Position numbers and translations under genes: made by a program
The notes under the pieces: model-generated
Seen by the model: the letters and a program-made list of their open reading frames with translations, nothing else
Databases searched by the model: none
Told to the model about the DNA's origin: nothing
In this document: piece by piece, positions 12,766 through 26,329 of the stretch
Layout of the letters: the number at the start of each line of letters is the position of its first letter
Numbering within the stretch: the first letter of the stretch is position 1
Origin: Octopus bimaculoides
Lineage: Eukaryota
Reading direction: 5' to 3'
Assembly (NCBI RefSeq): GCF_001194135.2
Contig: NC_068983.1
Span: 77,139,571-77,203,570, forward strand
Length of the DNA stretch: 64,000 nt

Positions 12766-14659
12766 CCACCTTTTTTAATGAAGATAAAGAATGGTAGCAG
12801 CATTGAGAATAATGTTATTCAAGGATTCATTCTATTCATGACATAAATTATTCAACGGGCATCATATTTGAAGCAACGAACATCATATTTGAAGCAACAG
12901 GAGACATATATTATGTACAAATGTTATTGCATCAAATAAGAAATAACAACTTAGAACATATATATCATACGTCCCTGTTTAGGAGGACTAAACATTGTGA
13001 TTTTTCTTAAGCGTTTAATAAGAAATAAAACGCGCAATTATTGAAGTACATTCATATAATATTTCGGTTAGTCATGAATGTGACATAGTTCACACTTATG
13101 AGATGTGTTGAACGTCATGGAGGAAAACAATCGATTATATATAGACTGACAGAGCAGAACTGCATAGATGCATGTTCTATAGAATATTACACTGGGATAA
13201 ACAGTGCTGCTATAGAATCCTGTTGAATCAATATAATTCTTGGGAATCAATGGGAATTTATCTCGAAGTCTTACACGAAGGATGCTTTGAGTTTATCGAA
13301 AGAGAATGCGATTTCACGCCCATCATGATAACAAATACCAGTTTAGCTGTAGTTGAAAAGGTGGGTATTCTTATTACATCTACATTATAAAACCGGAGAT
13401 TAATTTCTTATCCATATCAGAAGTGGTGTGACCTTCATAACACCTCATGAGATGTTGATGGTTATGTTAAAGAGGATCTAAAGCATTGGGACGCTTCCAG
13501 TAGACGTCCTTTCACGAATGTTATATATTTTGAAAATACGATTGACTACCATAAAATAGCTGTAATCGATTCAATTTGTTTCCTATCAGTCTCTTGCTAT
13601 ACGTCACGTCCCAATTAGGCACGTTTTCATTTTACAATCGTAAGAATTGTCTGCCTGAACGAAAGTATCCACACTCCAATCCAAAATATCGGACAACACG
13701 TGTATTTCGTATCATTCAAATACGTAGCAGGAAGGAGACTAGACTATCAAACAACAACAGTAAAATAATATGAAATTTCGTGTGTGACAAACATGTAGGT
13801 TTCAAAAAACGATGGTTAGCCCGTTCCCGGTGGATGCGTAGCATTTATGTGTCACCTCGCTTCTGAAATGCTGGCTTCATCACTGCATAAATTTTGTGTG
13901 TGAATGATCGAGAGTACGAATTCTCAAAGTGTTATTGCATGTTTTGAGGAGTATAACCGAAACGAGTAAATTTTGGATTTTAGTATTCTTCACTTGTAAT
14001 TTTATTTTTCTTTATGTTTTTTTTATTATTCTGTAATACTTTTGTTCTTCCTGCACGAAAACTACTATTTTCTAATAGCCATAAAGTGCCTGCGAACTCA
14101 TTAATGTATCAATTTTTCACTCTATGAATTTTCGCGATTGCTTTCCTGATATTTTTTAAAAATTTATAACGTGCTACTAAAAAACAACTTTCACGCTAAA
14201 TTTACACTTGGAATGGCATGAGTTAAAAATGGTGGATACAGCCATGTTAAAGTCAAGACATCGCAGTAACCATACAAGCAGCTCACTGGAAGAAAGCTAA
14301 AACTAGCGCTTTCTTAAACTAGCACTTTCTTAAACTAGCACTTTCTTAAAAGTATCTTCCAAGCAGAAAAGAATGAATATGTCTCTAAGTCTAAATGAAA
14401 TGTTCTAGCTCTTGCAAAAATATATTCTGTAGCAACTGCACAATCAATTTTGCCTCATATGTAAGCATACCATTCACCAGACATAAAGTTCACTACCACT
14501 TTCAGAAATGAAGTAATGAGTAACTTGTCACATAAAGGATTGATGCACAATATTGATTATTATGGATTAAATAGCTTTCCACATACCTTTCAATATTTTG
14601 ATCATAACTAAAGACTCTATTTTAGCAGCAGCCGGTTTGCAAGTAAAATTACTTTCAAG

Positions 14660-15200
14660 ATTTAATATCTTGTTTTTTGCCCATTTCTTCCATAGAGTAT
14701 TGTAAAAGAAGAATGCTGTTTCTAAATATCCGTTCTGAAATATACCCAGACAGCGTTCCGAAGAAAGGCAGCTGAGATGGCACAGATGTTAGTAGACATA
14801 ACTTTGGCATTAACATTCTTTTATAATTCATACCTTTTCTCCTGCTAAAGAAGTAGTCGCTCTCCTGCGAGAAATATTGTACCGTCCTAAACATAGTTGT
14901 TATTCTGCAAATGTCACATCTTATATTGAACTTCACTTGCATGAAGACTAGGTAAAGTCTAAATAGGTTTCTTGATATAATTTGAAAATGCTGCAACTAA
15001 AACAACAGTTTCATTAGTATCAAAATTACGCTGCATCACTTAGGAACCACCAGACTGAGGATATGCAGCAACAAGTCAAACGAGGACTCTCCCAGTAGAC
15101 GTCGGCGTGTTCATGGAGATGATCTTGTGGATTTGGTTACTAGGATATTTTAGAATGAGGTTTGAGAATCGTAACATGTAACCTAAATTGCTTTATATCT
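14660..15200 (+). mobile_element. Possible RTE-like reverse transcriptase remnant
   Basis: Weak similarity to the RT start motif (ISS..RMLFLNIRSEI). Highly degraded. Confidence 0.25.
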
Positions 15201-15639
15201 AGGACTATGAGACTAAAATTTGCACTTAATCATGTCTAGAAATTAATACTGGCATCATTGAATCCATCAGAACGACTGAAAACCGAATCTACTTACTGCT
15301 CAATTTATCAATCAATTGTAAATCATTTCATTCCACTCTGTTCTTCTTAGCCTTGTCAACTGTTAATGACTGCTATTGAAGGCATGTTTCAACCACTATC
15401 TCTTCGCTTCGATTTCCTCTTAAGTTTAACATTTCTTTTTCTGTAAGCACGTCGTCTGATATGCATTTCGGTGTCTTTGTCGCTCTCACCTATTGTCTAT
15501 ATATCACTGTTTAGCTATTTTACATTGTTTCAAGAGTATATTAAAAGCAGTTTTAAACAGGTTACAAGTCATCACCACTATTAATCAGTAATATACCTAG
15601 CCAAATATTATCTAATTTTAGTTACAATAAATATATCTC

Positions 15640-15913
15640 TGTTGGGGCACGAGGAAAGTAATGGTGATAAGGGACGCAATTAGAGCATTAGGAGCAGGTT
15701 CCAAGGGCTTTGAAAAATATATTAAGAATACTGGAGATGCTGTTAGGCTCGAGGTGATCCCGAAGACAGCATTGTTGGGTAGAATTTGCATTCTCAGCAG
15801 AGTATTGTCTTTTTGAGTGAAAGGCGAAGGCACTACTTGAAATCTTTGGTGATTTGTTTTTGTTTGCTTTCAAGTAAAGCATGACTGGTAATTAAGAACT
15901 AACCGATAGACTT

Positions 15914-15944
<31 letters not shown>

Positions 15945-15975
15945 AAGAAGAAGAAGAAGAAGAAGAAAAGAAGAA

Positions 15976-16010
<35 letters not shown>

Positions 16011-16300
16011 AGAAGAAGAAGAAAAAGAAGAAGGGGAAGAAGAAGAAGAAAAAAAGAAAAAGAAGAGGAAAAAGAAGATGAAAAAGAAGAAGAAAAAGAA
16101 GAAAAACAAGAAGAAGAAGAAGAAGAAGAAGAAGAAGAAAAAGAAGAAGGGGAAGAAGAAGAAGAAAAAAAGAAAAAGAAGATGAAAAAGAAGAAGAAAA
16201 AGAAGAAGAACGAGAAGAAGAAGAAGAAGAAGGAGAAGAAGAAGAAGAAGAAGAAGAAGAAGAAGAAGAAGAAGAAGAAGAAGAAGAAGAAGAAGAAGAA
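15640..16300 (+). mobile_element. 3' end of R4/Dong-like non-LTR retrotransposon followed by long (GAA)n tract
   Basis: WGTRKVMVIRDAIRALGAGSKGFEKYIKNTGDAVRLEVIPKTALLGRICILSRVL* matches the R4-clade C-terminus (GALG...QKTALLGTA.ILRKVL). Then a 3'UTR and (GAA)n at 15915-16300. Confidence 0.7.
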
Positions 16301-16543
16301 TATTGATAAAAAGGCATGACCAAGAATTCTGAACGCAGGTAGTTTGTTGATGGTATCAACCAGCTGCTGGACTTGTATCTTATCTTACTGTCATCAGGAG
16401 AATTAGATCAAATTTCATTTAGCCGAGATTTGAATTCTGAATCTGAAGACCCAGATCAAGAACATCAAGTCACTTACCCGAACCTCGAGCAAAATTAACA
16501 CGTTTCCCCAACTATCACTGCAAAAACGTGTATCATGTCCATA

Positions 16544-16549
16544 GTTCTT

Positions 16550-16605
<56 letters not shown>

Positions 16606-16609
16606 GTAT

Positions 16610-16651
<42 letters not shown>

Positions 16652-16664
16652 TAGTACTAAGAAC
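16544..16664. repeat. Palindromic (CTA)n-(TAG)n microsatellite
   Basis: ~18 CTA units followed by ~17 TAG units centred near 16604. Flanks GTTCTT/AAGAAC are also complementary. Confidence 0.9.
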
Positions 16665-17479
16665 AGGAACAACATCTGTCGTACTACTTGTAGTAATAAT
16701 AGTAGTTGTTATCAACGTTGAGGCAACTACAAAGTTGTTGATTATTCTTATCAGTAGCAACAGCCGTGTTAGTAAGAACTGTATAACCATTCGTCATTGT
16801 GAGAATGGTGGGTTTTTTTTTATCAATGAAATTGATTAAATAGAATTTGCAAGAATGCGAGAATAATACAAGATAAATGGTAAATAAAAATTAATATAAA
16901 TTGCAGACACATCTTTACTTTTATACCAGCCTATTCATTTATTTATTCGCATTTTCGAATTAGTAATTTAGTATTGAAAGTTATAGAAATGTTTCGTTAT
17001 TAAAAATGTGTATGCCAAAACGAAATAAATTGTCTAGGAGGTCACCAGACCAACTAAGATTCTTGTCATATACAATGAGCTAAAACATTATTCAAAAATA
17101 CTTCAAGTGAAAAATTTAGAAAATTTATATCACACTAAATATTTTTGAGCATCTATTATCAGACATTTCATTTTTCCTAAAACAGATTGTCATTCAAATA
17201 TATTTGTCGGTGGATGAGTAGGTGTAGTCGTAGCCTAGTGAATACAGAATAGCATCTTCATGTGGGCCATTTATTTTCTACTGCGTCCATGCTTAGTATA
17301 GTACAGACTCTGTTTTTAAATTTATTTAATCATAAGTAGTAAGGACCATAAACATGCTTTGCACTTGTAAATAACACTCACAGTTATCAAAATATTTATG
17401 TTGCTTAGAAGGACTTTAGTAGGGTGTAGGCAGTATATTATATCCTAACGCATACATAAAAATAGTTATTGACCTCAGG

Positions 17480-17484
<5 letters not shown>

Positions 17485-17525
<41 letters not shown>
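17485..17525. repeat. (GA)n microsatellite
   Basis: Direct reading. Confidence 0.9.
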
Positions 17526-17789
17526 TAGAATAGTGGGTGGATAAGTGGTAAGCCACTCTACAATTATTCTATCTCAAAATCTAAAGATTAGTCACTAACG
17601 CATCTTGTTGTCAGTTGTACGTTTCTTCACTGTATTAGAGATGTTTTGAGTCAATATCCTCAATTGATTAGCCTGTGATACTATTCCTAATACCATAGTA
17701 ATATCTTCCAATAATATTATCATTGCAGGCTGAATAATAATGAATTTTTGACATTAATTATTAATATTCCTTATTGTTTTTCAATTCTT

Positions 17790-18450
17790 TAATTTCGTCT
17801 GACTGGCCCGAATGTGCCTGATAGTCTATACTACTCTGCTGATATACATGATAACAATCACGATTCAATAATGTAATAATGATTTATTTTAACAGTATCA
17901 CCAATAATAAACTGCCAACATACAGGCATTTACGTTATCATGTATAGTACAAGATGTTGCTGTTGATTCGATGTTTATTAAGTGTATTTGAACATTAAGA
18001 GATTTGACTTCATGCATCAAATTTACAGGAAAGCGGGCAGTAGTTATGTCCCTTCTCAGTATCTCAAATATTGGTAGGGGATGGGGAAGTATTAAAGTTG
18101 ATATTTAAACTGAAATCTTGCAATACTATGAAGTCTACTAAAGTCATTTAATAATTTATGTAGTTGCATTAAAATGCTCAACCGATTGAGAGTACCACAC
18201 AATGACAGGGACGGTCTTTCATTTACCAATCATCACTAAGATGATTTTCAGTGACCCGAAACCACAGCAGGAATCATTACTCGAATTTCGTAAGCAGTAA
18301 ATTTTCAGCAAAACCACTTCATTTCGATATATTGGATTTTAACCACAAAACATTTTGCATCCGGTTTCGGCCTCGAAATGTCTGTATTATATGGTTTATG
18401 ATAATTCATTGTCTCTTATATATTGACAAGAGTGTCAAGCAAAATCTGTT
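17790..18450 (+). pseudogene. Decayed FN3-FN3-(TM) fragment in inverted orientation
   Basis: Plus strand: GPNVPDSL (17805-), QAFTLS (17923-17940), LRDL..SNIG (17998-18075), PETT..ITRI*AVN (18255-18302), hydrophobic VCIIWFMIIHCLLYI (18379-18423). Confidence 0.5.
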
Positions 18451-19191
18451 TAATCATTTGTTATCAGTCTGAGAAAAGTTGTATTTACATCAAAGAATAG
18501 ATATTTTCTAATAATGTTTATCTTTTCTAATTAGCGTTAGTAGTTTAATTACAGTTGAAATGTTGCAACATAGAATCAAAAGTGGAGTGTAGATATTAAT
18601 CAAAGAACATCATAGTTGAATTCATGATTTAAGTCGCAACGATTGTAATCGAAAAATAAATCTGTTATTTTGTTTCTAAGGTGGATTCTGTCTTGATACG
18701 AGGTTAAGAAATAATTAGTAAATATGTAATGGATTTCTTTTATTTCATTGTATTTTATTTGTCGTGACAGTATAAATTAATTTTAGCACATATGCTTATG
18801 AAATTGTTATTTCAATGCCATCGTTCAACGCTTGTTTCGGTATTTGTTCTGGAAACTTGCTTTCAGATTTTTTTGTGCTGGAGAAGTAAGTAAATCGACT
18901 GACAATAATTTTTGAAATAATCAGAAGAAACAAGAAATTTCAACAAAATATATTTCGTTTATCATTGTGTTTGGCTGTACCCATAATTATTCATTTCTTT
19001 TCAAGGCCGGTGAGAAAGACGCAAAATTGTGCTTGCTAAATGGCGAGGGAAAATGTATAAAGACGGAAGTCCAGGAAGATGAGATTGAGGAGAAGAGGAA
19101 AGTTAATTGTTTGTTATATGTGATACATTTACTCGTTATCGAAATCATTAAGCAAACGCACTATTATGTGTGTTTTGTTATAGTTATATTC

Positions 19192-19580
19192 TACTAGCAG
19201 CTAATCCCGGTTTCATCCGGTCTGTTTGGATGATGTAGCTGTAATCGTTTTCGGTTAGGCATAATCTATAACGGCGTTTCTCAACCTTATCATTTCGGTT
19301 CCCTGTTTCGATTGTAGCCTCCAGCTGTATGAAAATTTCCTGACTCCACGCCTTTGTCAGAAAAAAAAGCTTCAGAAGTTGTGAAGAACGAATTTGTAGG
19401 TAGTCTGTTTCTGAGAGCTATTTTATTGGAGCTCTGTCTAATCATTAAAACATTGATTTAATTATGAACATAGAAAGAAATTATACATTAATCCCTATTT
19501 TTGTAAGCAGTTGTATCCGTAAAAAAATTCATTTGCAGAGATCAGAAATTGAAAGAAGATATATGAAATGGACGTGTCTT

Positions 19581-19654
<74 letters not shown>

Positions 19655-19760
19655 CGTGCTCGCGCGTGTGTATGTGAGAAAGAAAGAGGGTGAGAAAGAG
19701 AGATTGAGTGAGTAAGTGAAGGCGTGTGTCGTGATGACTGACGTATTTTAAGGTACACAC
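19192..19760 (+). mobile_element. Possible non-autonomous Helitron-like element containing (GT)n
   Basis: 5' ACTAGCAGCTAATCCCGGTTTCATCCGG resembles Lep1-type Helitron starts. (GT)n at 19586-19650. 3' end not defined. Confidence 0.3.
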
Positions 19761-20199
19761 ACATACATAGAAAATGTCATCGTATAAAAGTTTTGCTATA
19801 GTTTATTTATGGAAAAGATTAAGTTAAATTTTTGAAATGCAAATATGTGAATGAAAATTTAGTTCATACCACTACATGGTAGCTAGACCTGGTAGAAATA
19901 GCAGCCAAATCCCCCTCAAAACACCCTACTGTTTTAATCCGACAATTCTGCTTATTATGTAGTTTGAATGAGAAACTGTAACTAAAGATTAGGATTATTA
20001 ACCCCACAAAGAGGTGAAAGAAAAGGGACAGAATAGCGAACGTTTTGGTTGACTACCATCCTTTACTCCCCTTGTTGCTAGCGAAATGGTATATACCGGC
20101 TGTGTGAGCAACTGGTTGTTTTAATGGCGGAACAAACAGGGAAGTTCCATTAGAAAAGTTTTAATCGATTTTCTTGGTAACTATGGGGGCTAGGAAAAA

Positions 20200-20900
20200 T
20201 ACAAACTGCAGCACAATCTATGCACCGGTCTCCAGCAGTGTGTCATTTTTCCCGCGAATCCACCCAGCCGTTTGGCTGTGAACCTCAAGAAAAGAACGAA
20301 TACAACGATCGACCATGTCCAATTTATATAATCGATGTAGTATCTGTTGTCTGATCGTGAGAAGGAGAACGTGAATAACCATAAGCGTCCCAAGGCAGAT
20401 GTATATGCTTTATTATTGATGCGATTAATGTTCATTGGCGTGAGATATGTAATGGTAGAATATTGATGGGAAAGTAGCTCATTCTGAAGAGTTGTAATAC
20501 TATTTCAGAGAAAAAGGTAATAAATAAATTGAACATACGTTGCTAATTTTACATGTTGAATGTATTACTGTTGGAAAATTGATATTGGCATTTGGAATAA
20601 GAGCGCATAAAACCAGCATTTCAACTAACCAAATACAGTTGGATCCTTAAAAAAGTTTCCTAACTGAGATTTTGGTTTAATATTAGTTGAGTCAAACTCA
20701 TAAGAATAATATCTTGCATGTAGCTAGTCGAAATTTGATTATTTGTTTCAAATATCCGTCAGCCGGATTAGAACGCTTCATGATCACACCTCGTCCGTGA
20801 AATATATTGTCCACTACACGGCGCTTCCAATATAAGATAAGTGGGACGAATGAAATATTCGAAATATCTGGAAAAATAATATCAAACATTTATCTCATAA
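20200..20900 (-). pseudogene. Decayed Ig(C2)-Ig fragment
   Basis: LILYWKRR (20819-20842) with DNA similarity to 13420-13505 (TGGAAGCG; GAGGTGT..ATGAAG). NINRINNKAYTSA (20394-20432), where one substitution gives YTC. Confidence 0.55.
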
Positions 20901-21049
20901 TAAAAATGCCAAACCAATGAGGGGTTTACCGTCCTATTTGAAAGTAATAGTAAACATTTGTCCATAAAATTATAGCGAGTTATAGTTAATATTATTCTAA
21001 AGACCGTTCACCCGCGAAAATTAAACGTGATAGACAAAGTTAGCGTTTA

Positions 21050-24000
21050 TCTTGTAACTATTGCCAATATATAAAAGACAATGAATTATCATAAATTTGA
21101 GTGATCTACGCCTCACAACTTGGGCGCCAACAATTTAAGTGATCTACGCCGATTTAAAATGTGAAAGATTCCAAAAAACGCTACAACCAGAACCTGTGAA
21201 ATGGTCATGGGAATGCAGTCAAAAGTTATCCAGACTCTTGATTACTGCAAGGTAGGTGAGAGTGGGTTATTCGAAATAATCATTAAGTGAATATTTAATA
21301 GGTTATCCAAGATAGCACAGAAATTGTAAGAATCAAATAGACGCCAGAATATATATCAGTTATTCGGTATGCACCCACCCAGTCTAGCTTTGTCTACTAT
21401 TATTGTTCAATGTCGGCTAGGTTTTGCTGGACATTGCTACTTTTCAGAACGACAGATCAAAATCAAGTGTTATACCCTGGAGAATTCTGTACCTCAATAA
21501 ATGCTGAAGTCCAATCGGCTACACTAATGTTATTGTCAGAAGATTCCACAAGAAACAGAGAACCTACAAGTACTAATGGAAGAGAGGAATGTTTGGATGT
21601 TGCCGTGTTGTAAAACTTAACTCGATTTCTGTCGCCTAAATTTGAAGATGTGAATACAATCATTTATATAACTTGCACTGTGTATTATGCACAAAGGAAT
21701 GCTGAACCATTTTTGTTTCTGGATAGAAACAAATACAGGAGGGACAGTTGATTATAATTTGATTCAACATATTCTTTTCTCACACTCACTCACTTATTGG
21801 CAGCAGTCAGGCTTTCTAAGCTCTGTAAAACTCCCCGAAGTTTGGGCCTGCAAAGAAAGCTTTCGCGTTACCTTTAAAGCCAAAACCTTTTTAGCACCCC
21901 CATATGAAATTTAGCGGGGTCATAGAAGACTTGCTGCCATATCGGTGAAATGAGCATTCTTGTACCTCGTGGTAATCGCAATAGTTCGATTACATTCGAA
22001 ATGTTCTCTGGCATTTACAACGACACTAAAATGATAACTGTTATCCTTTTCAGTTATCAGAACCCAATTGCTTAGATATATATATATATATATATATGCT
22101 GTTCAGTGTATACATGTGTGTATATATATGCGTCCGTGTGAATTCATACATATATGAGCGTAAACATACATACACATGTATACGTACAAAAATGAGTTTT
22201 TTATTCAGTCAAAATGTATTTATAATATTTATGTCATTTATTGCTACGATAATGTACGATATACGTATATCTTCCACTTGAAGTTTCCTGTTTTCTATCC
22301 AATTTGCGTTTATAATGGTTCTTCAAGCATTTTTTCTGCATAGTAATATTTTTTCTGCATAGTAATATTTTTTCTTCAAGATATATCTATGCCCATCATT
22401 GTTTTTCTGTTACACTTATTCTTGCTGGTTTTTGTGTTGATTACGATGTTATTTTTTCATTTCACTTGTTACTTTTCTTTTTCATCATAATCCTCCTCCT
22501 CTTCCTGCTCCTTCTCCTACTACTACTACAACTACTACTACTACTACTACTACTGGACGGTGCGTTACGATTTTCGGTGTTGGTTAAATTCTACTATTGT
22601 TAAATTCATTTCATACTGTATTATTTCTGGTAATTTACTAAGCAATTTAGCATTCTACCAAATTTGAAAATAATGAGATTGGGAAAATGATAAAGAGTCT
22701 GTAGACAAGTAAATATGAAATATGTATGGTCTATTTATATAAAATTCAATAATGAAAATATCAGTTTGTATTTTTCCTGAATTACCTTATGTTAAGTTTC
22801 CTATTATGTCTACAGAATAAACAAAATATAAAAATATTCTGTGAGAGTGTGAACGAATATATAACGTTCAAATATTAATTTTTAAAATATCGTCATATGA
22901 CATTGGAAGGCTACATAAATGGCTGTATTGTCGTAACTGATAACAGGTAAGCATCTCCTGTGAGTGTTATGTTAGTCATTAAAATTGCAGTTAGATATCG
23001 AAAACGTATTTTTAGAGGAAAAAAACTTATTATAGCTCTTTCAGTACTGAGTATTGCTAATCAGATATCCAATTTTCGTAAGACAATTCACTTATAGTAA
23101 GAATGCAATCAGTAGCCATATTGTAAGGTATATATGTTCGTTGTTTTGTATACTGTAACTATAGTGTTTTCAATTCATCTGCACAGCCGGTTCTTCTTAC
23201 ATGATTTATTGAATTCTGCATATCTAAACATCAAGACACCACGACAAAATATTTAAAATGTAATCTTCATACTGCACCATCTAGAGTTTCTTGGTTATTA
23301 TATTTTCTACAAAATTCTTCTTAGTAACATTCAAGTTTAATATCATTCCATTGATCTGTCTACTCTGGGAACACACTGTCTATAGCAAGAACTTATTTCT
23401 CCACATCATAGAGTAAGTAATGATTTTCCTGACCGTACCGTGGCTAGACCTGTTTTCAAGCACTGATAGGTAGAAAGGACTAAAGTATTTTACTGCATAA
23501 TATTTAATTGAAGTTACATATCATGATCTTCATATAACAAAGTTGACCGCAACTGCAGCTGCGCTCAAAATAATACCATGGATGCGGCCATAAATATATA
23601 CTTAGTATAACGGTTTTGGATTTTCCCAACTTCACAGCTACAACTAATATAACTTATCGGTCATTAAGTCACAGAACATTTGTTCCATCAGTCGTTAAAA
23701 CCCACGTATTTATTGGTCAGAAATACTTTTATGTGACTATGAATCTTTTCTGCATTAAATCCAAAGGCACCGATTTTTACATATCTTCCTGTGCATGAAA
23801 ACACATCCACAATATATGTCTGTACATATAAAACAGAAAGCTTTAGCAGGTATATAAAGGTATATTTTATACAGTACCAGTCCAACACCTTAAATTTCGT
23901 TTGCTTGTCTATACTTAATGTTGCCAAGATTATGCTATGACATGTAGCTGCATATTACAAGAAAGATGTTAATTTTTTTTCAGTATTGGCATCAATGTAT

Positions 24001-24050
24001 TTTTCATTTGTTATATCTTCTACTCACTGTTAATAGCGAATCGCGCTATA
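21050..24050 (-). pseudogene. Decayed Ig(V)-Ig(C2)-..-Ig-FN3-TM receptor gene
   Basis: LVICSY..LDWY (23874-23950), ISCSCEVG/NPKPLY* (23602-23649), NRSSHGTV (23431-23454), SNLG (21634-21645), FN3 NNISV...PGYN (21469-21530), TM-like IPMTISQVLVVAFFGIFHILNRRR (21143-21214). Confidence 0.65.
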
Positions 24051-24649
24051 ATTCCTTTGTGAGAAGAGTCAATTATCTTATATTCTCAGCTTGTTTAATT
24101 ACTTCCTAAACTTTTACGTAACCACTCTAATGGTAAATTTTAGGACACTGGTAGAAGTGATATAGTTACGATAATAATGATGATAATGATGAAGGAGGAA
24201 GCGTTGGATGACAACGGTGACGTGTACGATGTTAAGGATAAAGATGGCGATGCAAAACTCAGGGTGCACAATTAATACTCTTATTTGCGAACAATACTAG
24301 GAACATATTCATAAATGTAACATTTGCCACAATATTTCCTTGGCAGTTTTAACGACTGGCTTAATGAAGAAAGGCATTCCTTACAAGTAGTTGAGCGTAA
24401 AGCTTCTGCTTAATTATAAACCGACTCAAATTAAATCATTAATCGGAACTCACAGGTGCAGCTATAACTTTCAAAACAGTTAGACGCATCGGTCTCTTTT
24501 TTGGAGATTGTACAATTCACGTTGCTGTGAGCTACATCTGAAGTACTACTTAGAAATACTTTACCGCAGAAAGGACACGATGCATACTCCCTAGGCAAAA
24601 CATATTATCTTTATTTTCATATATCCATAACGACTACCACAACCACCAC

Positions 24650-24960
24650 ATTAACGACGATCACAATTATTGTACTCATTGCCGTTGTCATCATCGTAAA
24701 ATTCAACATCGTCGTCGTCGCTATCATCATCATCATTATCATCGTCTATATCGTTGTCATCATTGTTGTTGTCGTGATCATCAACTTCATCGCCCTCATC
24801 ATGACCATCATTGTCATCGTTGTTGTTATCAACACAATGAGCAGCGTCATCGGGATCTTCATTTTCAAAATTTTCCTTAACAACATTACTAAGCATCTTA
24901 TGGTTATAACCTCTCAGAGCGAACAAGATTATCAATAACAGCACATGCTACATCAATCAA
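24650..24960. repeat. Low-complexity (ATC/GTC)n degenerate trinucleotide region
   Basis: Direct reading. It gives a spurious D/N-rich ORF. Confidence 0.8.
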
Positions 24961-25803
24961 TTTCATAATCATTATCATCAACATCAGCACCACCTTCAGA
25001 ATTACTTCATCCACAATGCCACTACCAAAACTACCACCACAAACAAAAACAACGCTATAATGCTGATCAAGATCAACGCCGTCGTCAGAAGCATTCTCAT
25101 CATCGCCGTTGAAAGCTTCGTTTTTGACATCATTGTACTGTCATGCTAGTATTCTACGTGATAATTGCTTCAGGTAGTGCCAAAGTAAACTAAGTTTTTT
25201 CCCCCACGTATAATCCTTTCTTGTCATTTATTCGCTATATTTATATTGATTTAAAGTAACAAATATCCGTTGATAAAATTGGTTGATGTTGGTAATTGTC
25301 TGATGAAGATAATATAATTTGTTATTACTGATATATAAACCCTTTGATGCCAAAGTATATTAAAAAACAAGTCTAACACAAAACAATAGCGTTCATGTAG
25401 ATATACATGAAATAATATACTTACAGATAATACAACATATATTAATGAAATACTATAATATTGTGTAATATTATATCTACTGTTGTATTTTCCTTTTTGT
25501 TACAAATAAGTCGTGATTGAACATATATGATCATTGATTTCCAGTCAAGACCATCGTATTATTATGCATATCCATGCGCACCTTTTTGAATGGGTTTGTC
25601 GTTTTCTACGACACATTGGTATTTAAAGCTGAGACGGATGTTCTTATCTCTCTGCGAGATATATGAATATATACACACACATATCAATATAGATATATAA
25701 TCTAAATATGTTTGAGCATATATGTATATATGTGAATATGAATATATGTGTGTGAGTCTTATTTATGCATATATATATATATATATATGTTTGTAGGTAT
25801 ATA

Positions 25804-25845
<42 letters not shown>

Positions 25846-26329
25846 GTATGTATATATATATTTGCACATATACATGTATGTATAATGTATCTCTTATACA
25901 CGTTTCCGTTTCTAGTTTAGTTGGCATGAAGGAAAACATGGTTTTCACTAAGGCAAATGGCGCAACTAGATGACTGAAAGAAATATATGATATACAAACA
26001 CAAACACATTTACATAATCTATTTTCAAATTAAGCGAAATTTTCTACGCGAGATGTAATATCAGTTGATGTCTCTTTGCTACAGGTATCCAAGTTTATCT
26101 AGGTTGGATCATTTAGTATAGCAAATGCAGAGATATTGTATAAGAGATACAGAGACGAGAATTTCATTTGATTCAAAACTCTCAACAAGAGAAGAAGACA
26201 AGATGGGAGGAACATGTAATTGAAAGAAAATAACTTAGAACGAAATATTGAAGTAGTTTATATTAGGTCTGCTCTTTTTGATTCGTTCATCCAGAGATGT
26301 CTTGCCATTGCTCGCAAACCTGTTGAGAT

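Larger units (their letters stand above)
9300..13800 (-). pseudogene. Decayed Ig(V)-Ig(C2)-Ig..-FN3(n)-TM receptor gene
   Basis: Minus strand: KYTC..GVWILS / QADNSYDC (13634-13657), DVYWKRP (13488-13505), YHDGREI (13310-13330), QYDGIMI*CKVTH (11052-11090), FN3 YEGGLDITGF (10535-10564), REPGLLHTLRI (~10325-10355), TM-like LINPFIVLLLTGIFLSM followed by RK (9330-9397). Confidence 0.65.

Noticed and set aside
7100-13800. Initial idea of protocadherin or chemotactile/nAChR-like cluster
   Set aside because: No cadherin (DxNDN, LDRE) or Cys-loop motifs. The recovered motifs are Ig/FN3.
16310-16520. Acidic stretch resembling a piggyBac N-terminus
   Set aside because: No TTAA/CCC terminus or catalytic motifs visible.
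24651-24944. 97-aa ORF with hydrophobic N-terminus and D/N-rich tail
   Set aside because: Explained by degenerate (GAT/GAC/AAC) trinucleotide repeats, with no splice or homology support.
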